Of a DNA stretch of 21,423 nt, positions 9,117 to 19,466 are shown one piece after another (positions within the stretch are counted from its first letter, which is position 1; each line of letters opens with the position of its first letter). Origin of the DNA: Octopus sinensis (lineage: Eukaryota); assembly GCF_006345805.1 (NCBI RefSeq), contig NW_021823676.1, forward strand, positions 1-21,423, written 5' to 3'. The notes under the pieces are model-generated. The model was not told the DNA's origin. It made no database searches and saw only the letters and a list, made by a program, of their open reading frames with translations. The position numbers and the translations under genes are program-made.

Positions 9117-9206
9117 CTCTAAACAAAAATTGCAAAAAGAAAAGACAATTTATAAATACTTTATAAAGCGTAAAATGAGTTAAAATAACGAAATAGATGT
9201 ATCAGC

Positions 9207-9586
9207 TTTACTCTTTTATTTGTTTCAGTAGTTTGATTGTGGCCATGCTGGAACACTGCCTTTAGTCGAGTAAATCGACCCCAGGACTTATTCTTTGTAA
9301 GACCAGTACTTATTCTATCGGTCTCTTTTGCCGAACCACTAAGTGACGGGGACGTAAACACACCAGCATCGGTTGTCAAGCAATGCTAGGGGGACAAACA
9401 CACACATATACACATATATATATATACGACAGGCTTCTTTCAGTTTCCGTCTACCAAATCCACTCACAAGGCATTGGTCGGCCCGGGGCTATAGCAGAAG
9501 ACACTTGCCCAAGATGCCACGCAGTAGGACTGAACCCGGAGCCATGTGGTTGGTTAGCAAGCTACTTACCACACAGCCACTCCTGC
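9207..9586 (-). mobile_element. tRNA-derived SINE, second family (copy 2), inserted in the mariner upstream of the transposase
   Basis: Head GCAGGAGTGGCTGTGTGGTAAGTAGCTTGC...GGGTTCAGTCC; colinear with 4394-4749. Confidence 0.9.
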
Positions 9587-10199
9587 TTTCTAACAAAAAA
9601 AATAAAGATTGTTAAAATATAATAATGGTGCAAAATGAGCAGCTGTCAAAGTTTACCATATACCTTACTACAAATTTCATACTTGACGACCTAAAATGTG
9701 TTGTAAGGTATACTCTTAGGGACTCGTGTAAGATTGTTAAGAAACCAGGAAAGATTCATGACTATGTGGAGAGCAGCAAGGTTCATTCACAGGTTTGTTT
9801 AATTTTTGTTTTACCAAGAACTCACTTTTGTGTTTACAATATGGGACTGACTCTGACAGTATCAAGAAGGTATCTGCCATGCAATAAAATTGCTATTATT
9901 TCTGTGATACAGAATTGGTATGTTTGGGTATTGAAAATATAAAGGTTCATTGCTAACAATGTCCGAAAATAATTAACGGTCGTTTATATTCTTGTCCACC
10001 GAAAACCATACAGACATATTTAGACAAAACAGTATCATTTTCTTTTAGTTTCTAAATGAGTATTTGGGCTGTTTGAGTCCGACTTTGAAGGATTGGCAGT
10101 TAAACCGGTGTGATCTTTGGAGAAAAGGTTACCTCATAAAAGGACTTTGGTATGATAGAAAATAGAAGTTGCGCAACCACACTTGTTTAAGGAGTATAT

Positions 10200-10460
10200 G
10201 TGAAAGGCGAAGCGGTCCTCTGTGAAATTTGAACTCAGCACGCAGTGTCGGAATACATGCAGCTAGACATCTTGTTCTGTTCTCTAATGATTCCATCAAC
10301 CCACTGTCATGGACCGATACTTTATTTATCGAACCTAAAATGAGGAAAGGTAAAATTATTCGTTGTAGAATTTGAACTCCAAACGCAAAACCCTGGAGAA
10401 AATATCACAAGTATTGAAGTGATTGAGCACCGGACATTTTCGTCCGATGCTCTACCAACT
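10200..10460 (-). mobile_element. Two adjacent, heavily decayed SINE fragments (third family)
   Basis: Two similar segments, GAAAGGC...AATTTGAACTCAG (about 10202-10238) and GAAAGGT...AATTTGAACTCC (about 10345-10380), whose reverse complements contain the B-box-like GAGTTCAAATT. Confidence 0.45.
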
Positions 10461-10537
10461 TTTAGAGATATCGGTGACTACATTATCTAATGTATCTTGT
10501 GCTTCCCCATGAGGGTTGGGATGCAATTTGGTTGTTA

Positions 10538-10804
10538 AAGTTAAATTAAAATACATGGGTAGTAATAGTTCTCACATCGACAATGCTCTTCTCAATACGT
10601 GTGATGTACCAGTTAAGACAATCTTTTGCACTTCTTGCAGGGATGGTAAGCCAGGGATCATTCTCATATAATTTTCGGTTCCCTTCTTGATCATTCCTAG
10701 TGCTCCTACGATCACTGGTATTGTAACCGCCTTGAGATGCCACATTTTCTCAATTTCAATGAGCAGGTCTTTATATTTTCTGAGCTTGTCAAACTCTTTC
10801 GCTG
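10538..10804 (-). mobile_element. 3' fragment of an R4/Dong-like non-LTR retrotransposon (C-terminal restriction-like endonuclease region), open frame 10802-10572
   Basis: Translates as AKEFDKLRKYKDLLIEIEKMWHLKAVTIPVIVGALGMIKKGTENYMRMIPGLPSLQEVQKIVLTGTSHVLRRALSM*, with the K..KY..L and PVIVGALG motifs of REL LINEs; 5' end sits in (AAT)n. Confidence 0.85.
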
Positions 10805-10846
<42 letters not shown>

Positions 10847-10872
10847 TTACTATTATTATTATTATTATTGTT

Positions 10873-10938
<66 letters not shown>

Positions 10939-11552
10939 TATTATTATTATCAGCAGGAGGGTGGTATGGTTGACTGTAGTGATGAGTATAATGGCGGTGA
11001 CGGTGGTGGTAGTGGTGTTGGTGGTAGTAGTGATAGGAGTGGTAGCTATAGTTATGGAAGTAGTGGAGGTGGTGGTGTTGGTGGAAGTCGCGGCGAGAAC
11101 ATTTAATTACAACCTATCTATCACATTTAGTGTCAGACTAACGATGATCCTGGCCGTTGCCGTTACCATGGAGACGTCAGCGAGATACTGTGACACTAAC
11201 GACGACGGCGAGATGATGACGACGATGACGATGATGAAGATGAAGAGGATGAGGATGAGGATGACCACGATGTTGTTGATGTTGCTGCTGTTTATAATTG
11301 ATAATGAGGATGGTCATGGTGGTAGTGGTGGTGGTGGTGGCTAAGAGGGGTTTAGAAGACGGTTGTCAGCTAATCGCAACAGTCATCGCCGCCGCTGTCG
11401 TAGTAGTAGTAGTAGGTAGTAGTAGTAGTAGTAGTAGTAGTAATATACCACCACCACCACCACTACTGCTGATAATAATATAATAATAATATAATAATAC
11501 ACCACAACAACAACATAATAATAATAATAATAATATAATAATAATAATAATA

Positions 11553-11586
<34 letters not shown>
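10805..11586. repeat. Compound trinucleotide array (ATT/GTT, GGT/GAT, AGT, ACC, AAT/AAC)
   Basis: Direct reading; source of the poly-L/I/V/Y ORFs in the track. Confidence 0.92.
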
Positions 11587-12000
11587 CGGCGAAAGAGTTT
11601 GACAAGCTCAGAAAATATAAAGACCTGCTCATTGAAATTGAGAAAATGTGGCATCTCAGGCGGTTACAAATACCAGATCGTAGGAGCACTAGGAATGATC
11701 AGAAGGGACCGAAAATTATATGAGAATGATCCCTGGCTTACCATCCCTGCAAGAAGTGCAAAAGATTGTCTTAACTGGTACATCACACGTATTGAGAAGA
11801 GCATTGTCGATGTGAGAACTATTACTACCCATGTATTTTAATTCACTTTAAAAAAAATGACGAACTAGTGAGTTGTTTTAATGGCCTACCAATGTATACT
11901 ATGAGTTCTTTGCCCTAGGAGTCGGGAAGAACACTCAGCAAGAATGGAAGCAAATTTGAAAGAAGAAAAAAAATATAGAAAATATAGAAAATATATAAAA
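11587..12000 (+). mobile_element. Inverted near-identical copy of the 10538-10804 LINE fragment, with a longer putative 3' UTR ending in A/AAT-rich sequence
   Basis: Same 5' breakpoint and near-identical sequence, differing mainly by 1-2 nt indels that break the frame. Confidence 0.85.
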
Positions 12001-12086
12001 AAATAATATAATCATAATAATAGTAATAATAATAACCTCTACTACCCATGTATAACTATTACTACCCATGTATTTTAATTTAACTT

Positions 12087-12088
12087 AA

Positions 12089-12132
<44 letters not shown>

Positions 12133-12151
12133 CAACAACAACAACAACAAC

Positions 12152-12191
<40 letters not shown>

Positions 12192-12208
12192 TAATAATAA
12201 TGATAATA
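12087..12208. repeat. (AAT)n/(AAC)n array
   Basis: Direct reading. Confidence 0.95.
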
Positions 12209-12537
12209 GCTGACAACAAGGTATGAGATAAGGAAAAAAGAAAAGTCGAGAGATATGACAGGTTAGCTTGGGAAGGTAAGCAGGTGTGGTCGATGAAAAA
12301 GGTAGCAGTAGTACCAATAATTGTCGGAGCCCTGGGAACAGTGAGCAAAAATCTCGAGAAGTACGTGGAAGAAATAAGGGCTGCAATAAGGATGGAACAC
12401 TTGCAGAAAACAGCACTGCTTGGAACCGCTCGAATACTCCGGAAGGTGCCCGAAAAATAAGAGGTGTTACCTTAGTTCACTGGTAGGGAATAGCTGACAC
12501 TGTAGTACATCTCCAGTGTTAGAAGCTGCGCAAAGGC

Positions 12538-12603
<66 letters not shown>
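12209..12603 (+). mobile_element. 3' fragment of a second R4/Dong-like LINE family with 3' UTR and (AAT)n tail
   Basis: 12209-12460 translates as ADNKV*DKEKRKVERYDRLAWEGKQVWSMKKVAVVPIIVGALGTVSKNLEKYVEEIRAAIRMEHLQKTALLGTARILRKVPEK*; (AAT)n at 12538-12603. Confidence 0.85.
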
Positions 12604-12604
<1 letters not shown>

Positions 12605-12884
12605 TAAACAATTTTAGCGTGAAAGGTGTTTATAAGCCATTTAAGAAACACACAAAAACTGTTAGATTCACTTCAAGATTTAAGTTTAATTTACCAAAAT
12701 ATTTTTGACACTTTGAGACCACGACCTGTTCACTGACAAAATTCCGTGTTGCACACGTTTTCGTTCCAGCACACGATCTCAGATCAGGTCACTTGCTATG
12801 CAAGTACATCTCTGTAATAATGATAGTAATAATAATCCTTCCTGCTATAAGAACAAGGCCTGAAATTTTGAGGGATGAGTAAGG

Positions 12885-12985
12885 GAGAGAGAGAGAGAGA
12901 GAGAAATAGAGAGAAAGAAGGAGAGAGAGAAAGAAGGAGAGAGAGAAAGAGAGAGAGAGAGGGTGGAGAAAGAAGAAAAAGAGTG
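12885..12985. repeat. (GA)n compound microsatellite
   Basis: Direct reading. Confidence 0.92.
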
Positions 12986-13207
12986 TGTAACTGGTTGTAA
13001 ATATATTCAAAGAAAGTTTAGCCAATGATAGTTTAGGTATTTCTATATCTTTGGAGTAACTGAGGCTTTAATTGTTGTTGTTGTTGTTGTATCTGTTGAT
13101 ATCTTCATGCCTCCATCCCACCCCATCACTGTTCACATATATACTGTTGTTGTTGTTATTCTTTTTTCTTCTATTTCCCAAATCTTTCCAGTCTTCTCCT
13201 TTTCTTA

Positions 13208-13389
13208 ATCCTCCTCCTCCTCCTCCTCCTTATCATCATCATCATCATGATCATCATCGTAATCATCGTCATCATCATCATCATCATCATCATCATCGTC
13301 ATCATCATCGTCATCGTAATCGTCATCATCACCATTATCATCATCATCATCATCATCATCATCATCGTCATCGTCATCATCGTCATCGC

Positions 13390-13446
<57 letters not shown>

Positions 13447-13458
13447 AATCATCATCAT

Positions 13459-13496
<38 letters not shown>

Positions 13497-13503
13497 CCAT
13501 CAC

Positions 13504-13541
<38 letters not shown>

Positions 13542-13543
13542 CC

Positions 13544-13576
<33 letters not shown>

Positions 13577-13583
13577 CCATCAC

Positions 13584-13618
<35 letters not shown>

Positions 13619-13625
13619 CCATCAT

Positions 13626-13680
<55 letters not shown>

Positions 13681-13695
13681 CCATCATAATCATCC

Positions 13696-13750
<55 letters not shown>

Positions 13751-13762
13751 CATCATCATAGC

Positions 13763-13794
<32 letters not shown>

Positions 13795-13838
13795 CGTCGT
13801 CGTCGTCGTCGTCGTCGTCATCATCATCATCATCGTCA

Positions 13839-13869
<31 letters not shown>

Positions 13870-13907
13870 CGACACGTTTTCCTTAGACTTCGTCATTTCT
13901 TCTATAT

Positions 13908-13960
<53 letters not shown>

Positions 13961-13964
13961 GCTA

Positions 13965-14029
<65 letters not shown>

Positions 14030-14030
14030 A
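13208..14030. repeat. Long trinucleotide array (CCT)(CAT)n(CGT)n...(ACT)n(GCT)n
   Basis: Direct reading; source of the poly-H/I/S/M/T ORFs. Confidence 0.95.
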
Positions 14031-14315
14031 CTAAATCCATTCCAGCCTTGACCATCTTTTTCTCTCTTCCAGACACAGTAGAACAAACTACATAACATGT
14101 CCTTTGCTTTATGAAGCGGTGACTTGTTCTTTATAATCAATAGTACTCATTAGTAAGTCTAAACTAATAAATTACTTCATTAGGATATTTAAAAGCGAGG
14201 AAAATCATTAAGTGGTCACGTGGTCGACGTTAGTGATTAATTTTCACCCCGTATCATGAGTCGGTTGTATCTGGTGTTAACCAGCAGAAACTGTGTCATG
14301 CATCGAAGCTGAATT

Positions 14316-14560
14316 ATGACCACTCCAATCGCTCAAAAAGAGGAAAGCATATGGTATAACCCACCGTGCAGCAACAACATAAATACCAGTGTTTTAAACC
14401 CCACCTCCGTCGAAACAAACAAGCAAACGAAATTAACAAAACAAACAAAAACAAAAAATTTCCTCTTACTAATTATCAAACACTTTCCGTGCGGTTACAT
14501 ATTTCAGTAGCTGTTGTACAAACACATATTAAACAAAGAATGTAGTTATGCATTGGCAGG
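14316..14560 (+). pseudogene. Penelope-like retroelement ORF fragment (region between the RT and GIY-YIG domains)
   Basis: IWYNPPCSNNINTSV...KNFLLLIIKHFP matches the conserved PLE pattern I recall as IWFNPP(Y/F)SxNVxTNIGxxFLxLIDKHFP; not confirmed by search. Confidence 0.55.
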
Positions 14561-15508
14561 GTCATTACGCCAATAATAATAATAACACACGCACTGATTT
14601 CACATTACTTCTTTATTGTTAGTCAGGTGGTTAATTATGTAACTAACTAATAGATCGTTTGTTTAATGTGCTCGGTTGTTTGGTAGTCAAAGTTCTTTCG
14701 TGTCTTCAATGACATGCCTTCTCTCCTCAAGGTCTGCTCTGAGTCTGTGAAACGAGCGATCGATTAGTTAGTTGGTTAGATATTTAACCAGTTGACTAAC
14801 AATAATGCAATGATATTGAACCAGTGCATGTGTTATTACTATTGGCTTAACGACCCCCTCGAGATAAAACAAAGTTTCTTTAAACACGATTTCACAACAG
14901 CATTCTTGCAGACCAAATACAAACAAGGATTCAGCTTAGCGTCACGAAGAGTGACACCGTAGATACTCCACGGTGTACCTAGAAAGGCTGTTATGCAACT
15001 GAGACAGTATGGAGATCCGCCTCCTGAAAGTAAACACTTAGAATGAAACATTATATAACGCGTCAACCTGTTCTCTAATGACATTTCTTGGGACAAAGAG
15101 TTGATACCAAACGCCCCGGGAACCACAATCACCAGTATAACAGAACTAGTTCCATCACTGCCATCTGCAACACACTACGGTACTATTTAAATATATTTGA
15201 TATTCAAAAAACGAAATCACGGAAAATAAAAGAGTGAACAATTACAAATAATACACTCCAAATTATTCACATAACTCTAAGCATTTAGGAACAGACACGT
15301 ATTTGGCATAATCTATCTTACAGAGAAAGACCAGATAGTCCGCCAATATGTAACAATTCTAGACCAAAAATCTGAGCATATTTCAACTTACCGGCATATA
15401 TCAATGTTCTTATTGATGAATTTTCAAAGCCGAATCCCTCCTAATGATTCATGAAAAGGATTCAATATATTCGACCTGTAAAATGCATCCAACAATTATC
15501 CTAATTAT

Positions 15509-15729
15509 CGTGTCGACGACGACGACGACGATGATGATGACGATGACGACGACGACGACGACGACGACGATGATGATGATGATGATGGCGATGACGATGA
15601 TGACGATGTCGATGACGATGATGATGGCGATGATGATGATGACGGTGATGATGACGATTACGATGACGATGATGATGATGACGATGATGATGATGATGAT
15701 GATGATGATGGATGATGACGATGATTACA

Positions 15730-15774
<45 letters not shown>

Positions 15775-15795
15775 ATGATGATGATGATGATGAGG
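15509..15795. repeat. (GAC)n(GAT)n trinucleotide array
   Basis: Direct reading; inverted counterpart of 13208-13876. Confidence 0.95.
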
Positions 15796-16479
15796 AGAAG
15801 GATTAAGAAAAGTAGAAGACTGTTTGGAAAGATTTGGGAGTAAGAAGAAAAAAGAATCGAACACAGGTAGCAGTATGAGGTAATAATCTTGTTAAGCAGT
15901 ATAAAGGTTTAACAGAATTAACACATTTCTAACATATTGAGTACCTTTGTGCTTTGTAAAAAAAGAAAACAACAACCAATAACCATATTATATGTGTGTA
16001 TACATACATTCACGCGCACTCACACTGCATATAAAGAAATGAACAAAATGAACTGATCGCCAACAAACTTTAAATAAAATCTTATGCAGAAATAAAATGC
16101 ATATGTTTGATAAAAATCTGGATAAATATAAATATAAAAACACCCAAAATAATGTATAAAAAGTCTCATATTTCGTTCTGCTTAAAAGTTTGTTTGCTTT
16201 GTTTCAGTTCTATTCGGTTTCTACAATTTTGTTATCTTATTTGAATGAAAAAGTTAGGACTTCAGCTAAATGCAAGCTTTTTAATCTTCTCATTTCAGTG
16301 ATAGGCAAAGCATGCCAAACAATATCACAAGTTGGCATTTCGTTTTTTCTTTTCCCCCTCTCTCTTTTTTCCTACAAAATGTAGTTAGCTCAATGGTGCC
16401 ACTCGAATAAACATACCTACTTCCGGTTACCCATCTGGCGTATTCAATAGATATGTATACATACTTACACACGCACTTA

Positions 16480-16513
16480 TTATATATTATATGATATATA
16501 TATTAGATATATT

Positions 16514-16552
<39 letters not shown>

Positions 16553-16737
16553 ACCCCTATCTAACAGACATATGTATAATGTACATATATACGTATATAC
16601 ATATAATGTATAACGTGTGCGTATATATGTATGTATGTATATATATATTATATATATATATATATATAGATATATATATATAATCTATATTATGTATATA
16701 TTATATATATATATGTATATATATGTATATATATATA

Positions 16738-16795
<58 letters not shown>

Positions 16796-17251
16796 ATATA
16801 CACGCATCCGTACACACAAGCACGTACACACATAAATGCACACACACATATATTTGTTCTAATCAGTTTCATAGTTTTTCTTTTTGTTTTCCTCCCTATT
16901 CAAAATGGCGGATGTATTTTAATGGACTCTAAACATGCGCAATGCAAAAGATGCATTACCATTATTTTCTAGTGCAATTTTAATGCACACACACACACAA
17001 ACACACACAGAGGTAAAAACAAAATCAAAGTAAGCTAAAACGAACGAGCAAATATTAATATGTAGAAGGATAAGGATAACGCAGGCATAAATAGAGATGT
17101 TGATAGATATTGAGATAAATATAATATACATATAAATTATAAATACATGAAAATTCGCTTTGTATGTTGTTAAAGTCCAAAGAGATTTTTTTCGAGATAA
17201 TTGAGACTGTTTATTTCCTTATATATCTCACATATAAACAAACTCTCGCCT

Positions 17252-17283
<32 letters not shown>

Positions 17284-17436
17284 AGTGTGTGTGTGTGTGT
17301 GTGTGCGTGCGTGCGTGCATAGACACATAAATATAAATACGTATACATATACATATCATAAACGTAAACTTCCTCGTGTATATATACATATCTAGATAAT
17401 TATATATATATGTGTTTATATATATATATATTATAT

Positions 17437-17478
<42 letters not shown>

Positions 17479-17823
17479 GTGTGTGTGTGTGTGTTTATAT
17501 ATATATATTATATATACAATATTACATATATATATTATATATATATATATATACATATATATGGATGTATATATATATATAATATTATATATATACATCC
17601 ATATACATATGTATATATATATGTATATATATATATAATATATATATGTAATATATGTATATATAATATATATATATAAACACACACATATATATATATA
17701 TGTATGTATGTATACATGCGCATTCATCTTCACAAATAAAATCATAATATATTTCTGTGCACGTAAAGGAATAAAAATGTACAGGTGTTCCTCTCTTTCT
17801 CTTCAACACACGCGCGCGCGCAC

Positions 17824-17872
<49 letters not shown>

Positions 17873-18290
17873 CTGTCTCCATCTCTTTCTCTCTCTCTTT
17901 TCCACCACCCATTTACTAATACACGCATGTACGTACTAAGTATTCTTATAAACACATACGTAAACATCCATTAAACCAGCGTAAGTACGTACATAAAATT
18001 CACTTGCACACACACACAAACACGTACAAACACTCACGCATACACACAAGCACGCACACGCGCACACGCGCGCACACACATGTATATCCACACACATACT
18101 TATATATGAATAAATATTTTAGCGTTATTACTATGAAATGAAAGTGTATTGTTGAACCAACTCTAACGATGGTGAATATGGAGAGATGCCAGAGCGCCGA
18201 ACTAAATGTCTTATGAAAAATATATGCTTGCATGCATGCATGCATGTATGTATGTATATATGTATGTATGTATGTATGTATGTACATATG
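16480..18290. repeat. Microsatellite field (TA, TG, CA, CT, TATG, CATG) with short unique spacers
   Basis: Direct reading. Confidence 0.88.
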
Positions 18291-18297
18291 CATGTAT

Positions 18298-18405
18298 CAT
18301 TATTCAGTTTATTCAAGATTTCTTGCCAATAGAGAAAGAATCGGTTTCTAACCTAGATCCAAGGCTCCTTCATTGGAATTTCAACATCAACAACAGGGTA
18401 TTTTT
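18298..18405 (-). mobile_element. Short element embedded in (TATG)n with a decayed hammerhead-shaped motif (core CCAAUGA)
   Basis: Minus strand: CCAAUGA (18376-18370), AGG, AGCCU-UGGAUCU-AGGUU hairpin, A, GAAA (18348-18345), CCGAUUC; (TATG)n on both sides. Confidence 0.4.
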
Positions 18406-18499
18406 GTATGTATGTATGTATGTATGTATAGATTTGTATGTTTTATGTATGTATTTTCATGCATAGTTGCATATCTAGACATGCTCATATATATTTGAA

Positions 18500-19460
18500 T
18501 GTTGGCACCTCAAACATGTCGTAGCAGACTTCCATTGGTTTTTCCTTTTGTTTTGCAGTGTGTCTCGTCTTTAATTGGCTTAGGTGTCTCTTATGTTCCC
18601 AACGCTGTCCTTTAATTACATACATCATGTTTCTTAATCTGTTCGTTACAAAACCATCCTCCTAGGCTTCTTTACCGTTTTTGAAAATTTTTAAATGCAC
18701 TTTATCTCCTACTTCAAAATGTTTTGTTGCTTTTCTGTATTTCCTTTAAATATATTTTTTCCTGGCAATAAGTTATCGAAGATCGATTTAATTTTTCGCG
18801 CGAACATTTAGCTCTGCCGGAGACTTTCCTGAACAGTCAAGAATTTCGTTTGCGCTTCGTCATTACCTACGTCATTCCTTGCTCTTTTTTTAACCCTCGC
18901 TTGAAAGTATCAACGAATCTTTCTTCCTGTCCGTTTGACTTCGGATGGTAGGGCGGGGTAAAAATATGCTTTATCGCATGTATTTTATCGAAAATTTTGA
19001 ATTCACTGCCCGTAAATTTGTGTTCCATTATCTGATACCAATGTGTCTGGCACACTGTATCGGGAAAATGATTCATACAAGAACTTCATTGTTGTCTTTG
19101 CCGTTAGTTTATCGAACCTGCATACCTCTGGCCACTTTGTACCGCTATCAACAACGATTAGATACTATACGCCGTTCACCGGTCAAGTGTAGTCAATATG
19201 TACCCTGTACTACTGCTATCCATCTCAGACCACGATTGGTGTTTCACCGGTGCTACTTTGGCTGCTAGCGCACAATCTCTACATGATTTCACACAATTTT
19301 CAATGTCCCGGTCCATTGTCAGCCAATATACATATCTTTTAATAAAGGCTTTCATTCTCTACATTCCCGGATGTCAACCGTGGAATTCCTGCAGTCTTCG
19401 TTTCTGTAGTGCGTACATTAAAACATTGTCGCATAGCGAAAAATTATTCGAATTTATATT
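18500..19460 (-). pseudogene. Gypsy integrase pseudogene
   Basis: HG*HPGM*RMKAFIKRYVYW...SCRDCALAAK (HHCC finger); LVSDNGTQFTGSEF and PYHPKSNGQEERFVDTFKR (DDE core); several stops and frameshifts. Confidence 0.88.
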
Positions 19461-19466
19461 TTTATT

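Larger units (their letters stand above)
7659..9694 (-). mobile_element. Complete decayed mariner (Tc1/mariner) transposon with two nested insertions
   Basis: 27-bp TIRs TTAGGTCATCAAGTAGGAAATTTGTAG (7659-7685, preceded by TA) and CTACAAATTTCATACTTGACGACCTAA (9668-9694), 25/27 match; about 1.26 kb after removing the Helitron and SINE; transposase remnants inside. Confidence 0.92.

Noticed and set aside
9708-9792. Possible 85-bp exon (AG|GTATAC...CACAG|GTTTGT) reading YTLRDSCKIVKKPGKIHDYVESSKVHSQ
   Set aside because: No polypyrimidine tract, acceptor only 13 bp from the mariner TIR, and peptide not recognised. RNA-seq junction reads would be needed.
12690-12745. Very decayed HHR-shaped motif on minus (TCAGTGA A CAGGTC GTG GTCTC AAAG TG TC AAAA)
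   Set aside because: Both core segments are broken (no CUGA, no GAAA), so it cannot be supported from this copy alone. It may be a terminal-repeat remnant.
13072-14095. Long poly-His/Ile/Ser/Met/Thr ORFs (205, 282 and 123 aa)
   Set aside because: They are read-through of a stop-free (CAT)n/(ACT)n/(GCT)n array, open in several frames and on both strands, with no domain content. The same applies to the ORFs over the TA/CA/TG/AAT/GAT arrays.
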